From the NCBI RefSeq assembly GCF_902652985.1, contig NC_047016.1:16492001-16556000 (forward strand): a DNA stretch of 64,000 nucleotides, given 5' to 3'. Position 1 is the stretch's first letter; each line of letters opens with the position of its first letter. The stretch comes from Pecten maximus (Eukaryota). The translations under genes were made by a program, and so were the position numbers. Of this stretch, positions 36,727-49,166 are shown in pieces. The notes below the pieces were generated by a model. The model saw nothing but the letters and a program-made list of their open reading frames with translations. It searched no databases and was not told the origin of the DNA.

Positions 36727-37470
36727 CCATAAAAAAGATTAAATCTATACATGCGTTGCATGATTCTAAATGATCTGCACATTTTTGTATTTTGCTACCA
36801 AACATGGTATTCTAGACAGAGATAATACTCACACATTTATCTTGAATGTTGGTCTTAATAAGCACATTATCATTTCAGTGTTATATAAAATCACTTTTGA
36901 CCATAATTCACAGGTGAAAGGTGGCGAATAGTACAACTGGTGAGTACAAGTTTATTATTGGTGTTTTTTAAAAAGTGAATAAATTTTTCTTAATTAGAAA
37001 ATCAAACCAGATCAACAATGAAATGTACTATAAGAAATGTGTTAGTAATCCACAGTCAACCAATTATGCAGAGCTACAATGTTAACTCAACTATTGAACT
37101 GCAATTAAACTATGTTAAAAAGAAATGTCAAAATCTGGCTTTTATTTACTACAAGTCCTACTTAAAACTAGATCTAAAATCGTTAAACAATTCACTTCGG
37201 CTGAAGTCAGTGTACCTGTGTGTGTCATGTTAGAGTGGAATCAGCAATATAATTGATTTAACACTTTGAGTGTGATCGTGATGTTAACGACTTATGTTAT
37301 AAGATTCAATCTATTTAAGTTAGACCACAATGTTATACAGCCAGAAATACACAGGAGAGAAGTACAAGTACTGGATCTTTGGAAAATGTCAGAGATAAGT
37401 ACAGAACTAGGACATTCTGATTTATATGTAACCAATGACCGAATATAGTTGTCCTAATTCATCCATAGCG

Positions 37471-37804
37471 TAGTGGTCAGTCTAGTACCTGTATATCAAA
37501 TATTAGAAAACCTTAGTGGTCAGTCTAGTACCTGTATATCAAATATTAGAAAACCTTAGTGGTCAGTCTAGTACCTGTATATCAAATATTAGAAAACCTT
37601 AGTGGTCAGTCTAGTACCTGTATATCAAATATTAGAAAACCTTAGTGGTCAGTCCAGCACCTCTACCCAGTATTAGAGTATAAATGTAAGTGATTGGTCA
37701 GATTCATTATTAATAATAATGTACATGGTCAGTGTAGCACCTAAACCCACAATAAGAGTACCGTAGTGGTCAGTCCAGCACCTCTATTAGAGTTAAAGTG
37801 GTCA
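37471..37804. repeat. 43-bp tandem repeat (4 clean copies plus degenerate ones) next to a DDR donor
   Basis: Unit TAGTGGTCAGTCTAGTACCTGTATATCAAATATTAGAAAACCT. Confidence 0.85.
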
Positions 37805-37829
37805 GTAATTCACCAGTATAAATACTTAC

Positions 37830-38354
37830 CTGAGATAAACTTCACTTCACTGATCATCATCCACTTGGCATCAAAGTAAAGTACGACCTTGACATATTTT
37901 CCCGTGGTGTGGTTCAGGAAAATCTCCACATTTCGCGCATATTCCATCCATGAGTCTCTCTGGAAATCATAAACTACTGGCGGCCCAGAAAAATATTTGC
38001 CTCCAACACTGAAAAAGATCTCCGCTCTTCGGAACACTCGAACATCCTTGTTGAAATAGTTGTTGCAATGGAAGATCACCATTGAGAAGTTTCGGATTTG
38101 GTCAAATTTGAAAATAATTTCAATGGGCATGGTTACATGGGTATCGTTCTTCCATCCTACCCACTCGTACCCTTTAATTCCCAGACCTCTTTGGTCTAAA
38201 CGGAAATTTCCAGTCCCTTCGTCTCCATCAGTCAGTTGTCCCAAACCTCCAGACAGGTAGTTTTCGTTAAAGATTCCATCATAGGTAAAATCAAACAGAT
38301 CCACCTCAGATCCTCGCTTATCTCCCTGTGGCATTGTGTACGCTACGACACTGT
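37830..38354 (-). CDS. DDR: DDR DS-like domain exon
   Basis: Encodes DSVVAYTMPQG...YDG...GGLGQLTDG...GYEWVGWKND...IIFKFDQIRNFS....HCNN...KWMMISEVKFIS. Confidence 0.96.
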
Positions 38355-39670
38355 CTGTGAAAACAGGAAATCATTCATCAGAGATTAAAAATCAAGTACT
38401 TATAATTTGGATATTATAACATGGAGATCTGATATTAAATATCTGATCTACTCAATTTTTACATACATCACATACATTTAATTTTGTAAAATATATGTCA
38501 ATCCACATAGTTATGCTCTCTGAGGATATTGTCTCTGGCAAGAATTTATGTTTTTTGTGTGTTTTGTCTGATGTTGACAATGTTATGTTTGTATATTATG
38601 TATGTATATGATACTGATGAGTCGGAAGACTCAAAGTCAATAAAGAACTTGAACAGTGAAAAAATTCACATACTATTTTTTTTTATCTTACTTTTTTCAG
38701 TAAGAGTTGTCTTTCTTGCCCCCCTTTTCTGTTCATCAGCAAGTTTGTGTTTGTTTCATTAAAAGTTTTGAAAAATATATCAGAAGTAAATTCCTGCAGT
38801 GACAAGTGTTTTCCTACTACTTTCATCTTCCTGTCAAAACCCAGTGATCAGAGAGGCAGGGTATTTCCAGATGTTTCGGGGATTTTCTGCTTCGACAGAA
38901 GAACTAATTGACTGGTCTAAATCTGTTGATGTCGTTCATGAACCAAAATATCTGTCTAATTAAAGAAATGTGAAATGCCCTTAACAATGAATAAAAGGGA
39001 CCAATCAGATCGTCTAGCCAACTCAGCCAGAACTGGCTATCTGCAATATAAATTTACGATATGTTTTTTTCATCAGCTCCTACATCATTATTACCCGATC
39101 GGCATTTTGTTCTCAAGCTGCGGCTGATTTTTGTTTGTGATCATGAGTGTGTGAAGGAGAACACATTTGGTTGTATTTTGATCACAGTGTAAAGCCTCCA
39201 TTACATGTTAGGTGGTCAATTTTGTTAAAATCATTAAAACACTAATTCTGATGAGTAATTTTCCTGTATCTAACAAAGTAAATCAATATTTACATTATAT
39301 ATAAGCAACTGGAATAATAACTGAAAATCGTTCAGTAACAACTTACTTATGACAAAGATGATATCTAATCATGCTTATACTACAGATACTTACCGGCGCT
39401 CTCATTGTGTCATCTCATGGTATTGTCTAAAATAAGTGTCCTTCTCAGTCCGATCATATATTTATTCGCGTACAATTGTAAATTTTATGAATATATATAG
39501 TTATATATATGAATGGTGTCAATTAGTGTTGTTAGTCTCTTGGTATGAGAAAATGAGAAGATCTGGACGTCAATTAAACAAATGAATGAATCTATAATGA
39601 ACACATCTCTTTGGAGACCGAGTGATCTCCCATGCACTTCAAAATATAACATAACATAAAATATAAATAT

Positions 39671-39862
39671 AACTCGACTTGTCTGAACTATAGTTCACAC
39701 TCAAATAAAAAAACCTTCCATAGATAGTGAATATGAAAAAGATCAATCGGTAAATAAAAAATTAACAAAGATCAATAGAGTGAAATTGATTTTTGTCATA
39801 TACACTATCTAACGAAGGTTGTTTTTATTAGAGTGTGAACTCTAGTTCAAACAAGTCCAGTT
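39671..39862. mobile_element. Foldback/MITE-like inverted repeat (~75-bp arms)
   Basis: GACTTGTCTGAACTATAGTTCACACTC...AGATCAAT (39676-39747) is the imperfect reverse complement of 39785-39857. Confidence 0.65.
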
Positions 39863-41725
39863 CACGTATCTAGAAAGCAGTAGTCATATAATGCTACTTA
39901 TTTATAGCTCATCAAAATACAGATTCTAAAAAATTGAGGGTAATAATGTTTATCTCTAACCAGAGGAAGTGTTCCTAATTACACCTCGACAAAATATCAC
40001 AAGATCTTATTAGACACTAGAACATATAAAATGTAGCAGTGTTCCCTGTCCGATTCTGAGACGGTGTTTATAGAACCGTATCTGCATTATTTCCACTTTA
40101 ACAGAATCTCTTAGATAGCCCTGTCTGCCATTCAACCATTACATGTACTCAAAGAGCCGCCAAAGTTGACATAATCTCCAACTACTTACACAAGTTATAA
40201 ATTTGTAAACATATTACAAGAAAATTTCGCACAGTTAACAACTACTGTTTGGACTCCTTAGACTGGTATAATCTGTCCTGGACCAGCTATCTCTAGTTAA
40301 ATACATTTGTGAGTTGTACATTTGTAAACACATTAGAAAACAAACTCCAAGCTGCCATAAATCCATGTTCTGGCTCCTAAAATTGATATTTTCATTATGG
40401 TACGATCATCAAAACTCCAACATCCAATTTTCTGCCACCAGGCTAAAACCCTTCACTGTTTAGTGCTTGAGATAATATTTTATGTTCAACATTTTTGTAT
40501 CGGCAAGGTCCTGATAACTAGTGATTTCGCCATAAAACACAAGCGTCTGAATCATCATCATATTTTCTCAAGCATTTTACGCAAATTGTCGGGGTTGCCT
40601 AATGATAAAAGTAATCAAGCATCTTGTAATAGACAATTTTCACGAAAAAATATTCTTAACTTGCCGGTCGGTAAAGGACTAGAATGTAAACTAATGTATC
40701 AACTCCGTTGCCTCTGATTTTTTCCTCTGTAATTAACTGCGAGACTGATTGAATTTGAATATCAATTACTCGTGTTCTGCACCCAAATCAGGATGTGCAA
40801 TGAATTTGTAAAAGCAGTTAGAATTTGATATCACAAAGTCGGAGGGTACTGTCTTTTAATTTGAAGTTGATGGCATGAGAAATTTGAGCAATATGTAAGA
40901 ATTTTATAACTCTGTTATATCATCAGGAGATGAGTTATCCTTCCCTTGGTTGTCATGGTAATAAGACACTTCTGAGAGAACGAAACATCCATGTTTTCTC
41001 ATGTTTTTACACATCTATAGCCAATTATGATACTGAATTTTTTGTGAAAATATTATATTCAATTATAAAAAAAAAGAGAAATATGGTAGAATAACACATA
41101 AAACTAGAGACTAGATGTTATAATCCATCTTGTATGCTTTTTCATTCCGATTGTTTTTTCCTATGGAAATTACTTGGGAAATTAAAATTTTGATAACAGA
41201 AAAAACAATTTTATAAAAGTAATAAATGTTGCCCCAGAGGAATTTCGAGATTGTCGTCTACTGATTACTTTTCAGGTTGATGGGTATATCTTAGTAAATA
41301 TATACTCTGTAACAGGTTGATGGGTATATCTTAGTAAATATATACTCTGTAGCAGAGATAATTGTTTATTTCAATCTCTCCTTGTCTTCATAGGATTCCT
41401 TATTGCCAGTAATTACTTTTCCTATTCTCACTATAACAAGAGTCATCAGTACCTGTGATCATTGTTTCTCGATTTACACCATTCCAACTTATTCCATCAT
41501 ATTTATAGCTGATTTAATGGTGACCACTAGTTAGTTACAGCGAATGTAGTGAATTAAAGTTTGAACAAATGATTATATGACTTGAAGCACCCCTTAACTG
41601 GTTATGGAGATGGATTTTGTTTTAGATTTCATGACCTTCCAATCTTCTGAAAAATAATTTATAGCAGAATATGAGATCATATAGATCCAGAATCAAAGAT
41701 CTGTAGGGAATTTGCTTCTGCCTAC

Positions 41726-41873
41726 CATTCCAGTTACATCCATAGAGCTCAACTCGCATGCAGACAGTGCGTGTACGGAGACTGTAGGGAATGAATCGGA
41801 TCCGTTTGCAGATGATAGGGGGTGATACCTCACACACCTCTGCCAGGTAAGTATTTGTGTTCCCATTGAATTG
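41726..41873 (-). CDS. DDR: DDR discoidin (F5/8 type C) domain, C-terminal exon
   Basis: Encodes QFNGNTNTY...PPIICKRIRFIPYS.RTRTVCMRVELYGCNWN. Confidence 0.96.
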
Positions 41874-41967
41874 CTGAAAAAAATAAAAAGAAGCAACCCT
41901 TAAGATCTACATCATACCAACAGACAATAGGGCACTTGATGTCTGATGAATGGGGACTACAACAAGT

Positions 41968-43833
41968 CAGAGGGAGTGGGTACACCGAGGGCTAGGGGAG
42001 GGTTATCAGAGGGAGAGGGTAGACTGAGGGCTAGAGGAGGGTTATCAGAGGGAGTGGGTACACTGAGGGCTTGGGGAGGGTTATCAGAGGGAGAGGGTAC
42101 ACTGAGGGCTAGGGGAGGGTTATCAGAGGGAGAGGGTACATCGAGGGCTAGGAGAGGGTTATCAGAGGGAGTGTGTACACTGAGGGCTAGGGGAGGGTTA
42201 TCAGAGGGAGTGGGTACATCGAGGGCTAGGAGAGGGTTATCAGAGGGAGTGTGTACACTGAGGGCTAGGGGAGGGTTATCAGAGGGAGTGGGTACACTGA
42301 GGGCTTGGGGAGGGTTATCAGAGGGAGAGGGTACACTGAGGGCTAGGGGAGGGTTATCAGAGGGAGTGGGTACACTGAGGGCTAGGGGAGGGTTATCAGG
42401 GGGAGTGGGTACACTGAGGGCTAGGGGAAGGTTATCAGAGGGAGTGGGTACACTGAGGGCCAGGGGAGGGTTATCAGAGGGAGTGTGTACACTGAGGGCT
42501 TGGGGAGGGTTATCAGAGGGAGTGGGTACACTGAGGGCTAGGGGAGGGTTATCAGAGGGAGTGTGTACACTGAGGGCTTGGGAGGGTTATCAGAGGGAGA
42601 TGGTACATCGAGGGCTAGGAGAGGGTTATCCGAGGGAGTGGGTACACTTGGGGCTAGGGGAGGGTTATCAGAGGGAATGGGTACACTGAGGGCTAGGGGA
42701 GGGTTATCAGAGGGAGTGGGAACATCAAGGGCTAGGGGAGGGTTATCAGAGGGAGAGGGTACACTGAGGGCTAGGGGAGGGTTATCAGAGGGAGTGGGTA
42801 CACTGAGGGCTAGGAGAGGGTTATCAGAGGGAGTGGGTACACTGAGGGCTAGGGGAGGGTTATCAGAGGGAGAGGGTACACTGAGGGCTAGGGGAGGGTT
42901 ATCAGAGGGAGTGAGTACACTTGGGGCTAGGGGAGGGTTATCAGAGGGAGTGGGTACACTGAGGGCTAGGGGAGGGTTATCAGAGGGAGTGGGTACATCA
43001 AGGGCTAGGGGAGGGTTATCAGAGGGAGTGGGTACACTGAGGGCTAGGGGAGGGTTATCAGAGGGAGTGGGTACATTGAGGGCTAGGGGAGGGTTATCAG
43101 AGGGAGAGGGTACATCGAGGGCTAGGGGAGGGTTATCAGAGGGAGTGGATACACTGAGGGCTAGGGGAGGGTTATTAGAGGAGTGGGTACACTGAGGGCT
43201 AGGGGAGGGTTATCAGAGGGAGTGGGTACACTGAGGGCTAGGGGAGGGTTATCAGAAGAAGAGGGTACACTGAGGGCTAGGAGAGGGTTATCAGAGAGAG
43301 TGGGTACACTGAGGGCTAGGGGAAGGTTTTCAGAGGGAGTGGGTACACTGAGGGCTAAGGGAGGGTTATCAGAGGGAGTGGGTACACTGAGGGCTAGGGA
43401 GGGTTATCAGAGGGAGTGGCTACACTGAGGGCTAGGGGAAGGTTATCAGAGGGAGTGGGTACACTGAGGGCTAGGGGAGGGTTATCAGAGGGAGTGGGTA
43501 CACTTGGGGCTAGGGGAGGGTTATCAGAGGGAGTGGGTACACTTGGGGCTAGGGGAGGGTTATCAGAGGGAGTGGGTACACTTGGGGCTAGGGGAAGGTT
43601 ATCAGGGGGAGTGGATACACTGAGGGCTAGGGGAAGGTTATCAGAGGAGTGGGTACACTGAGGGCTAGGGGAGGGTTATCAGAGGGAGTGGGTACACTGA
43701 GGGCTTGGGGAGGGTTATCAGAGGGAGTGGGTACAATGAGGGCTAGGGGAGGGTTATCAAAGGGAGTGGGTACACCGAGGGCTAGGGGAGGGCTTTCAGA
43801 GGGAGTGGGTACAATGAGGGCTAGGGGAGGGTT
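41968..43833. repeat. 39-bp G-rich minisatellite (~48 copies)
   Basis: Unit GAGGGAGTGGGTACACTGAGGGCTAGGGGAGGGTTATCA, with five runs of 3 or more G per unit. Confidence 0.97.
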
Positions 43834-44877
43834 AAACATTGCCAAACCAAGAAAAACAAATTATTTTGAAACAACCATTTACTAATAAAGACTTTTAAAT
43901 AAATAGCTGATTGAATAAAACAACATACATAAATATCAAGGTTGGAATCCTTCCAAAGATGCTTGTACAGTTGATAGCATCTATTAGTTATTTAGAATTT
44001 TGTATTTGCACTACTTCATCCATCTAATGGTTGACTATCAAGGCCCCATTTATCACTGAAGCAATACAATATTGGTTGAAAAGGAACTCTATTGCGATGA
44101 ACAGTATAACTGCAGAAATCACGCAAGTGTATGCCGTACAACTCTGACAAATGATCTAAACATTGAGTTTTTGAAATCGAATGAAATTTCGTAAAACTAA
44201 TATTATACTGCCAGAATGTAAAAATCCCAGTTATCAAACACTGTCTCTTGACAAAACTACCTTTGAACAAATCTAAATAGTCATCCATCTATATCCCTAG
44301 CTATCAACCCAAGAATGTCTTCACCACCACATCCAATGTGAAATGTCACTGATAGTTTAGCAATAGTATAAACACTTGGGTTCTCTAATATCTATTTTTA
44401 TCAAAAATTCAAATAACATAAACACCCCAATTCTGGAATTATCTTTTTTTTATCAAAAATACCCAATTATGTAAACATTTCAATTAGGAAACATATAAAA
44501 AAAAAATCAGCATTCTTGACATTTAAGAATTCAGCTTATTTTGTTAGTTGGCATATTTGGAGAGTACAGATGGAGGCAGGAATATTATATTTACAGTTCT
44601 AACCATATAAATAACTGGTAACAGATGGACATCACTGAAATAAGTTTTCACAGGTGAAGAATGATAAAAGAACACGTCAAAAATACTTTCCCATACAATT
44701 CTGAGACATTTTTAAATGAAAGTTAAAAGTTTATTTTCTCCCACCCACTTTGGATCAGACTTTCAATCTGACCTGATGAAACATGGATGGCTGAGGTGAC
44801 ATGGTAACCTGGAAAACAAACACATCTGTTCGGAGGATGACAGCAGTATAGTGTCAATCATCAGGACAGGAGAGCAG

Positions 44878-44925
44878 GAGACAGCAGTGAAGTCATCATC
44901 ATCAGTAGAGGGGTGGGGGGTGGGT

Positions 44926-44957
<32 letters not shown>

Positions 44958-46608
44958 GACAGCAGTGAAGTCATCATCATCAGTAGAGGGGGGTGGGGGT
45001 GGGGGGGGGGGGGGGACAACAGTGAAGTCATCATCATCAGTAGAGGGGGGGGGGGGAGACAGCAGTGAAGTCATCATCATCAGTAGAGGGGGGGGGATGG
45101 GGGACAGCAGTGCGGGTAGTATCTACCATCAGGAGAGGGGGGTGGGGGACAGCAGTGTAGTATCTACCATCAGGAGAGGGGGGTGGGGGACAACAGTGTA
45201 GTATCTACCATCAGGAGAGGGGGGTGGGGGACAACAGTGTAGTATCTACCACCAGGAGAGGGGGGTGGGGGACAGCAGTGTAGTATCTACCACCAGGAGA
45301 GGGGGGCGGGGGACAGCAGTGTAGTATCTACCATCAGGAGAGGGGGGCGGGGAACAGTGTAGTATCTACCATCAGGAGAGGGGGGCGGGGAACAGTGTAG
45401 TATCTATCATCAGGAGAGGGGGGCGGGGGACAACAGTGTAGTATCTATCATCAGGAGAGGGGGGCGGGGGACAACAGTGTAGTATCTACTACCAGGAGAG
45501 GGGGGCGGGGGACAACAGTGTAGTATCTACCACCAGGAGAGGGGGGGGGGGGGACAACAGTGTAGTATCTACCACCAGGAGAGGGGGGCAGGGGACAACA
45601 GTGTAGTATCTACCATCAGGAGAGGGGGGTGGGGGACAGCAGTGTAGTATCTACCATCAGGAGAGGGGGGCGGGGGACAGCAGTGTAGTATCTACCACCA
45701 GGAGAGGGGGGCGGGGGACAACAGTGTAGTATCTACCATCAGGAGAGGGGGGCGGGGGACAACAGTGTAGTATCTACCATCAGGAGAGGGGGAGGGGGAC
45801 AACAGTGTAGTATCTACCACCAGGAGAGGGGGGCGGGGGACAACAGTGTAGTATCTACCATCAGGAGAGGGGGGCGGGGGACAACAGTGTAGTATCTACC
45901 ATCAGGAGAGGGGGGCGGGGGACAACAGTGTAGTATCTACCATCAGGAGAGGGGGAGGGGGACAACAGTGTAGTATCTACCATCAGGAGAGGGGGGGCGG
46001 GGGACAGCAGTGTAGTATCTACCACCAGGAGAGGGGGGCGGGGGACAACAGTGTAGTATCTACCATCAGGAGAGGGGGGCGGGGGACAACAGTGTAGTAT
46101 CTACCATCAGGAGAGGGGGGGGGGGACAACAGTGTAGTATCTACCACCAGGAGAGGGGGGCGGGGGACAACAGTGTAGTATCTACCATCAGGAGAGGGGG
46201 GGCGGGGGACAACAGTGTAGTATCTACCATCAGGAGAGGGGGGCGGGGGACAACAGTGTAGTATCTACCATCAGGAGAGGGGGAGGGGGACAACAGTGTA
46301 GTATCTACCATCAGGAGAGGGGGAGGGGGACAACAGTGTAGTATCTACCATCAGGAGAGGGGGGCGGGGGACAACAGTGTAGTATCTACCATCAGGAGAG
46401 GGGGGTGGGGGACAGCAGTGTAGTATCTACCACCAGGAGAGGGGGGCGGGGGACAACAGTGTAGTATCTACCATCAGGAGAGGGGGGCGGGGGACAACAG
46501 TGTAGTATCTACCATCAGGAGAGGGGGGTGGGGGACAACAGTGTAGTATCTACCATCAGGAGAGGGGGGCGGGGGACAACAGTGTAGTATCTACCATCAG
46601 GAGAGGGA
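44878..46608. repeat. G-rich compound minisatellite (~41-bp unit) with a 31-nt poly-G tract
   Basis: Unit GGAGAGGGGGGCGGGGGACAACAGTGTAGTATCTACCATCA, preceded by related CAGTGAAGTCATCATCATCAG units; poly-G at 44926-44956. Confidence 0.96.
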
Positions 46609-47077
46609 TGGAAGTACTTAGGGGTTGGGGGAGGGATAGAAGGAAGGCGTAAAAATGTTTGAGGGAAGGGGAAAAGGGGTAAACACACAGAATAGTAAAC
46701 TATGTTGATAATTTATTGGTTGGATCTGTTGAAGTTCTTTGCAGCATATGGTCATCCATATGATGTTATTTTATTTATCTCAACATTAAATCTCACTTGT
46801 TTTGATTGTATGCAGTGTCTTTGATATCAATAAGTGTTGGGTTCCGTTTTTGAGGGGGAAAGGGGAAGTGTGTGTGTAGAGTAGATGAAACAAAACTTAT
46901 TTTGTTGGGGGATGGGGAGGGGACAATCATGTGAAAATCATTATTTTATTCCACTTCAGGTAGTGGTAGGGGGAGGAGCTGGGGTTAACATTGCATGTTA
47001 TACTGGACAATGGTTTTCTTCCTATAATTTTTCTAACTTATTTTCACATTTGAATGATTATGGTTTTGTGTCCCTAC

Positions 47078-47167
47078 CTCTCGACCTCGTCGGTCTCGGA
47101 ATCGTATCCATTCACCATCATCCTCTCTCTGGTATTCCAGTAAAAAGTGTTCAGCAAATTCCTTTCC
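47078..47167 (-). CDS. DDR: DDR discoidin domain, middle exon
   Basis: tttcag|GGA AAG...GAG|gtaggg. Encodes GKEFAEHFLLEYQREDDGEWIRFRDRRGRE; 90 nt, phase 0-0. Confidence 0.93.
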
Positions 47168-48718
47168 CTGAAAAATTTAAAAGGTAAATGAATGAAACTA
47201 TGAAAATTAAAATCTAAAGAGAGAATTGAAATTTAGATATTTTTCGGCATAGCCGTATAATTTTCTTTTGACCCCGGATATGACGCGAAAAGTGGAGTTA
47301 CTGGTCAAGATGAAGTACGCGAAAAGTGGCGTTACTGGTCAAGATGAAGTATGTGATTGGTCAATGTAGCGGTAAATGCAAAATGCAGATATGCAGTTAA
47401 AGACGAAACAAAATTAAGATTGAATGCAAGCTGAATACGTGGATGTATCTATTCAAATGACACATTAATAAAATTATATTCCTGATTTGAATGCAGTCTT
47501 ATTATCACCAAAAATGATTCAAACTGATATAATTTTGTTATCCGAGCTGAAACTGCGCATTTATTAATTAGTTCGTTAATTTATTTCACCAGCAGTTTTA
47601 CATTATAACCACCAGCATTAAAACTATGCTGTTTATCTTTTTTAAAGATATTTCTTGTTTAAATCTATATTAAAAATGTCAAAAAATTTCGGACTGGTGG
47701 ACAACTGTTTGATCACTACAGTGAGCTAAAAATAGTTAACGAGGGGGGGAATTTTTGCCAGTTTTATTGTAATTGATTAAGCAGTGTTCAAAGTTTCCTC
47801 ACCCTGTTTTTGAATTGTTCATTACTGTTAACTAATGTATTATAATCTACCCAAAGTTTAATGACAGTAAACAAAACAGTTGTAGATATTGATTGTCCCC
47901 CACAAAATCAACATGGCTGTCGGCCACTGAACCTTTCAGACACATGGAAGTTAGATACAAGTAACTCCCTTCCTGGTGCCGTTTAGATACTCAAAAAATG
48001 AAGTGGTTTTAAAGTACAATTCCATCATAATGTCATTATAGACAGGCATATGCAACATTATCAGAATATTCAGAAACAATCACCCAACTGCAAATACGAA
48101 AATGTAAACCCTGCAAAATATTTGAGATTTTTTTTATTGAAAGACGACCGTAAAGGCAACAACTATACTGCTGTACAAAACAGTAATCCTGGAGTTAACC
48201 ATAAATAAATATTGATATAGATTTTTGTGTAAATAATGGTGTTTTATCATCAAACTCCATGTTACACTCACCACCCATTAAAGGTGAGTGCACATTGAGA
48301 ATACGAACCTGTCTCTACATCCTGTCTATATGACACGGCCCCATAAACCTCACTACCTATCACACGACCCTATAAACCTCACTACCTATCACACTGACTA
48401 TTGTTCCTGTTCAGGCAGCCATATTGTTTTGTTTCTGCTCTGTGTTTGTTGCTGATTTCAACTTCATTAAAGATTCATCAGATTGCTACAATGTGCATCT
48501 TTAAAATTCTAAAAGTGGTCCATGATGACTGCGTGTATCCCTGTAGGGTTGTTCATCTGAGATAAGAATAGCTCAGACTCCATCATCCGTAAGGCCTGAT
48601 GTGAAAGTCTGTCAATCCTTACTACTCCAAGTACAAACCTGGGGGCTGCCAGATAGAAATGTGAAACTGTGCAAGACACCAATAAATTTCTACATAGTTG
48701 GTGTAAGTAGGATAACTT

Positions 48719-49166
48719 CAGTAATGGTATATTTGTTGTCGTAATATGACGTCTAGGGATGACATCAGTAATGGTATATTTGCCGTCGTAATATCACGTC
48801 TAGGGATGACATCAGTAATGATATATTTGCCGTCGTAATATCACGTCTAGGGATGACATCAGTAATGATATATTTGTTGTCGTAATATCACGTCTAGGGA
48901 TGACATCAGTAATGGTATATTTGTTGTCGTAATATCACGTCTAGGGATGACATCAGTAATGATATATTTGTTGTCGTAATATCACGTCTAGGGATGACAT
49001 CAGTAATGATATATTTGTTGTCGTAATATCACGTCTAGGGATGACATCAGTAATGATATATTTGCTGTCGTAATATCACGTCTAGGGATGACATCAGTAA
49101 TGATATATTTGCTGTCGTAATATCACATTTAGGGATGACATCAGTAATGATATATTTGCTGTCGTA
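48719..49166. repeat. 47-bp minisatellite (~9.5 copies)
   Basis: Unit CAGTAATGATATATTTGTTGTCGTAATATCACGTCTAGGGATGACAT. Confidence 0.95.

Noticed and set aside
41946-43885. Gly/Arg-rich ORFs
   Set aside because: Translations of the 39-bp repeat, broken by frameshifts and antisense to DDR.
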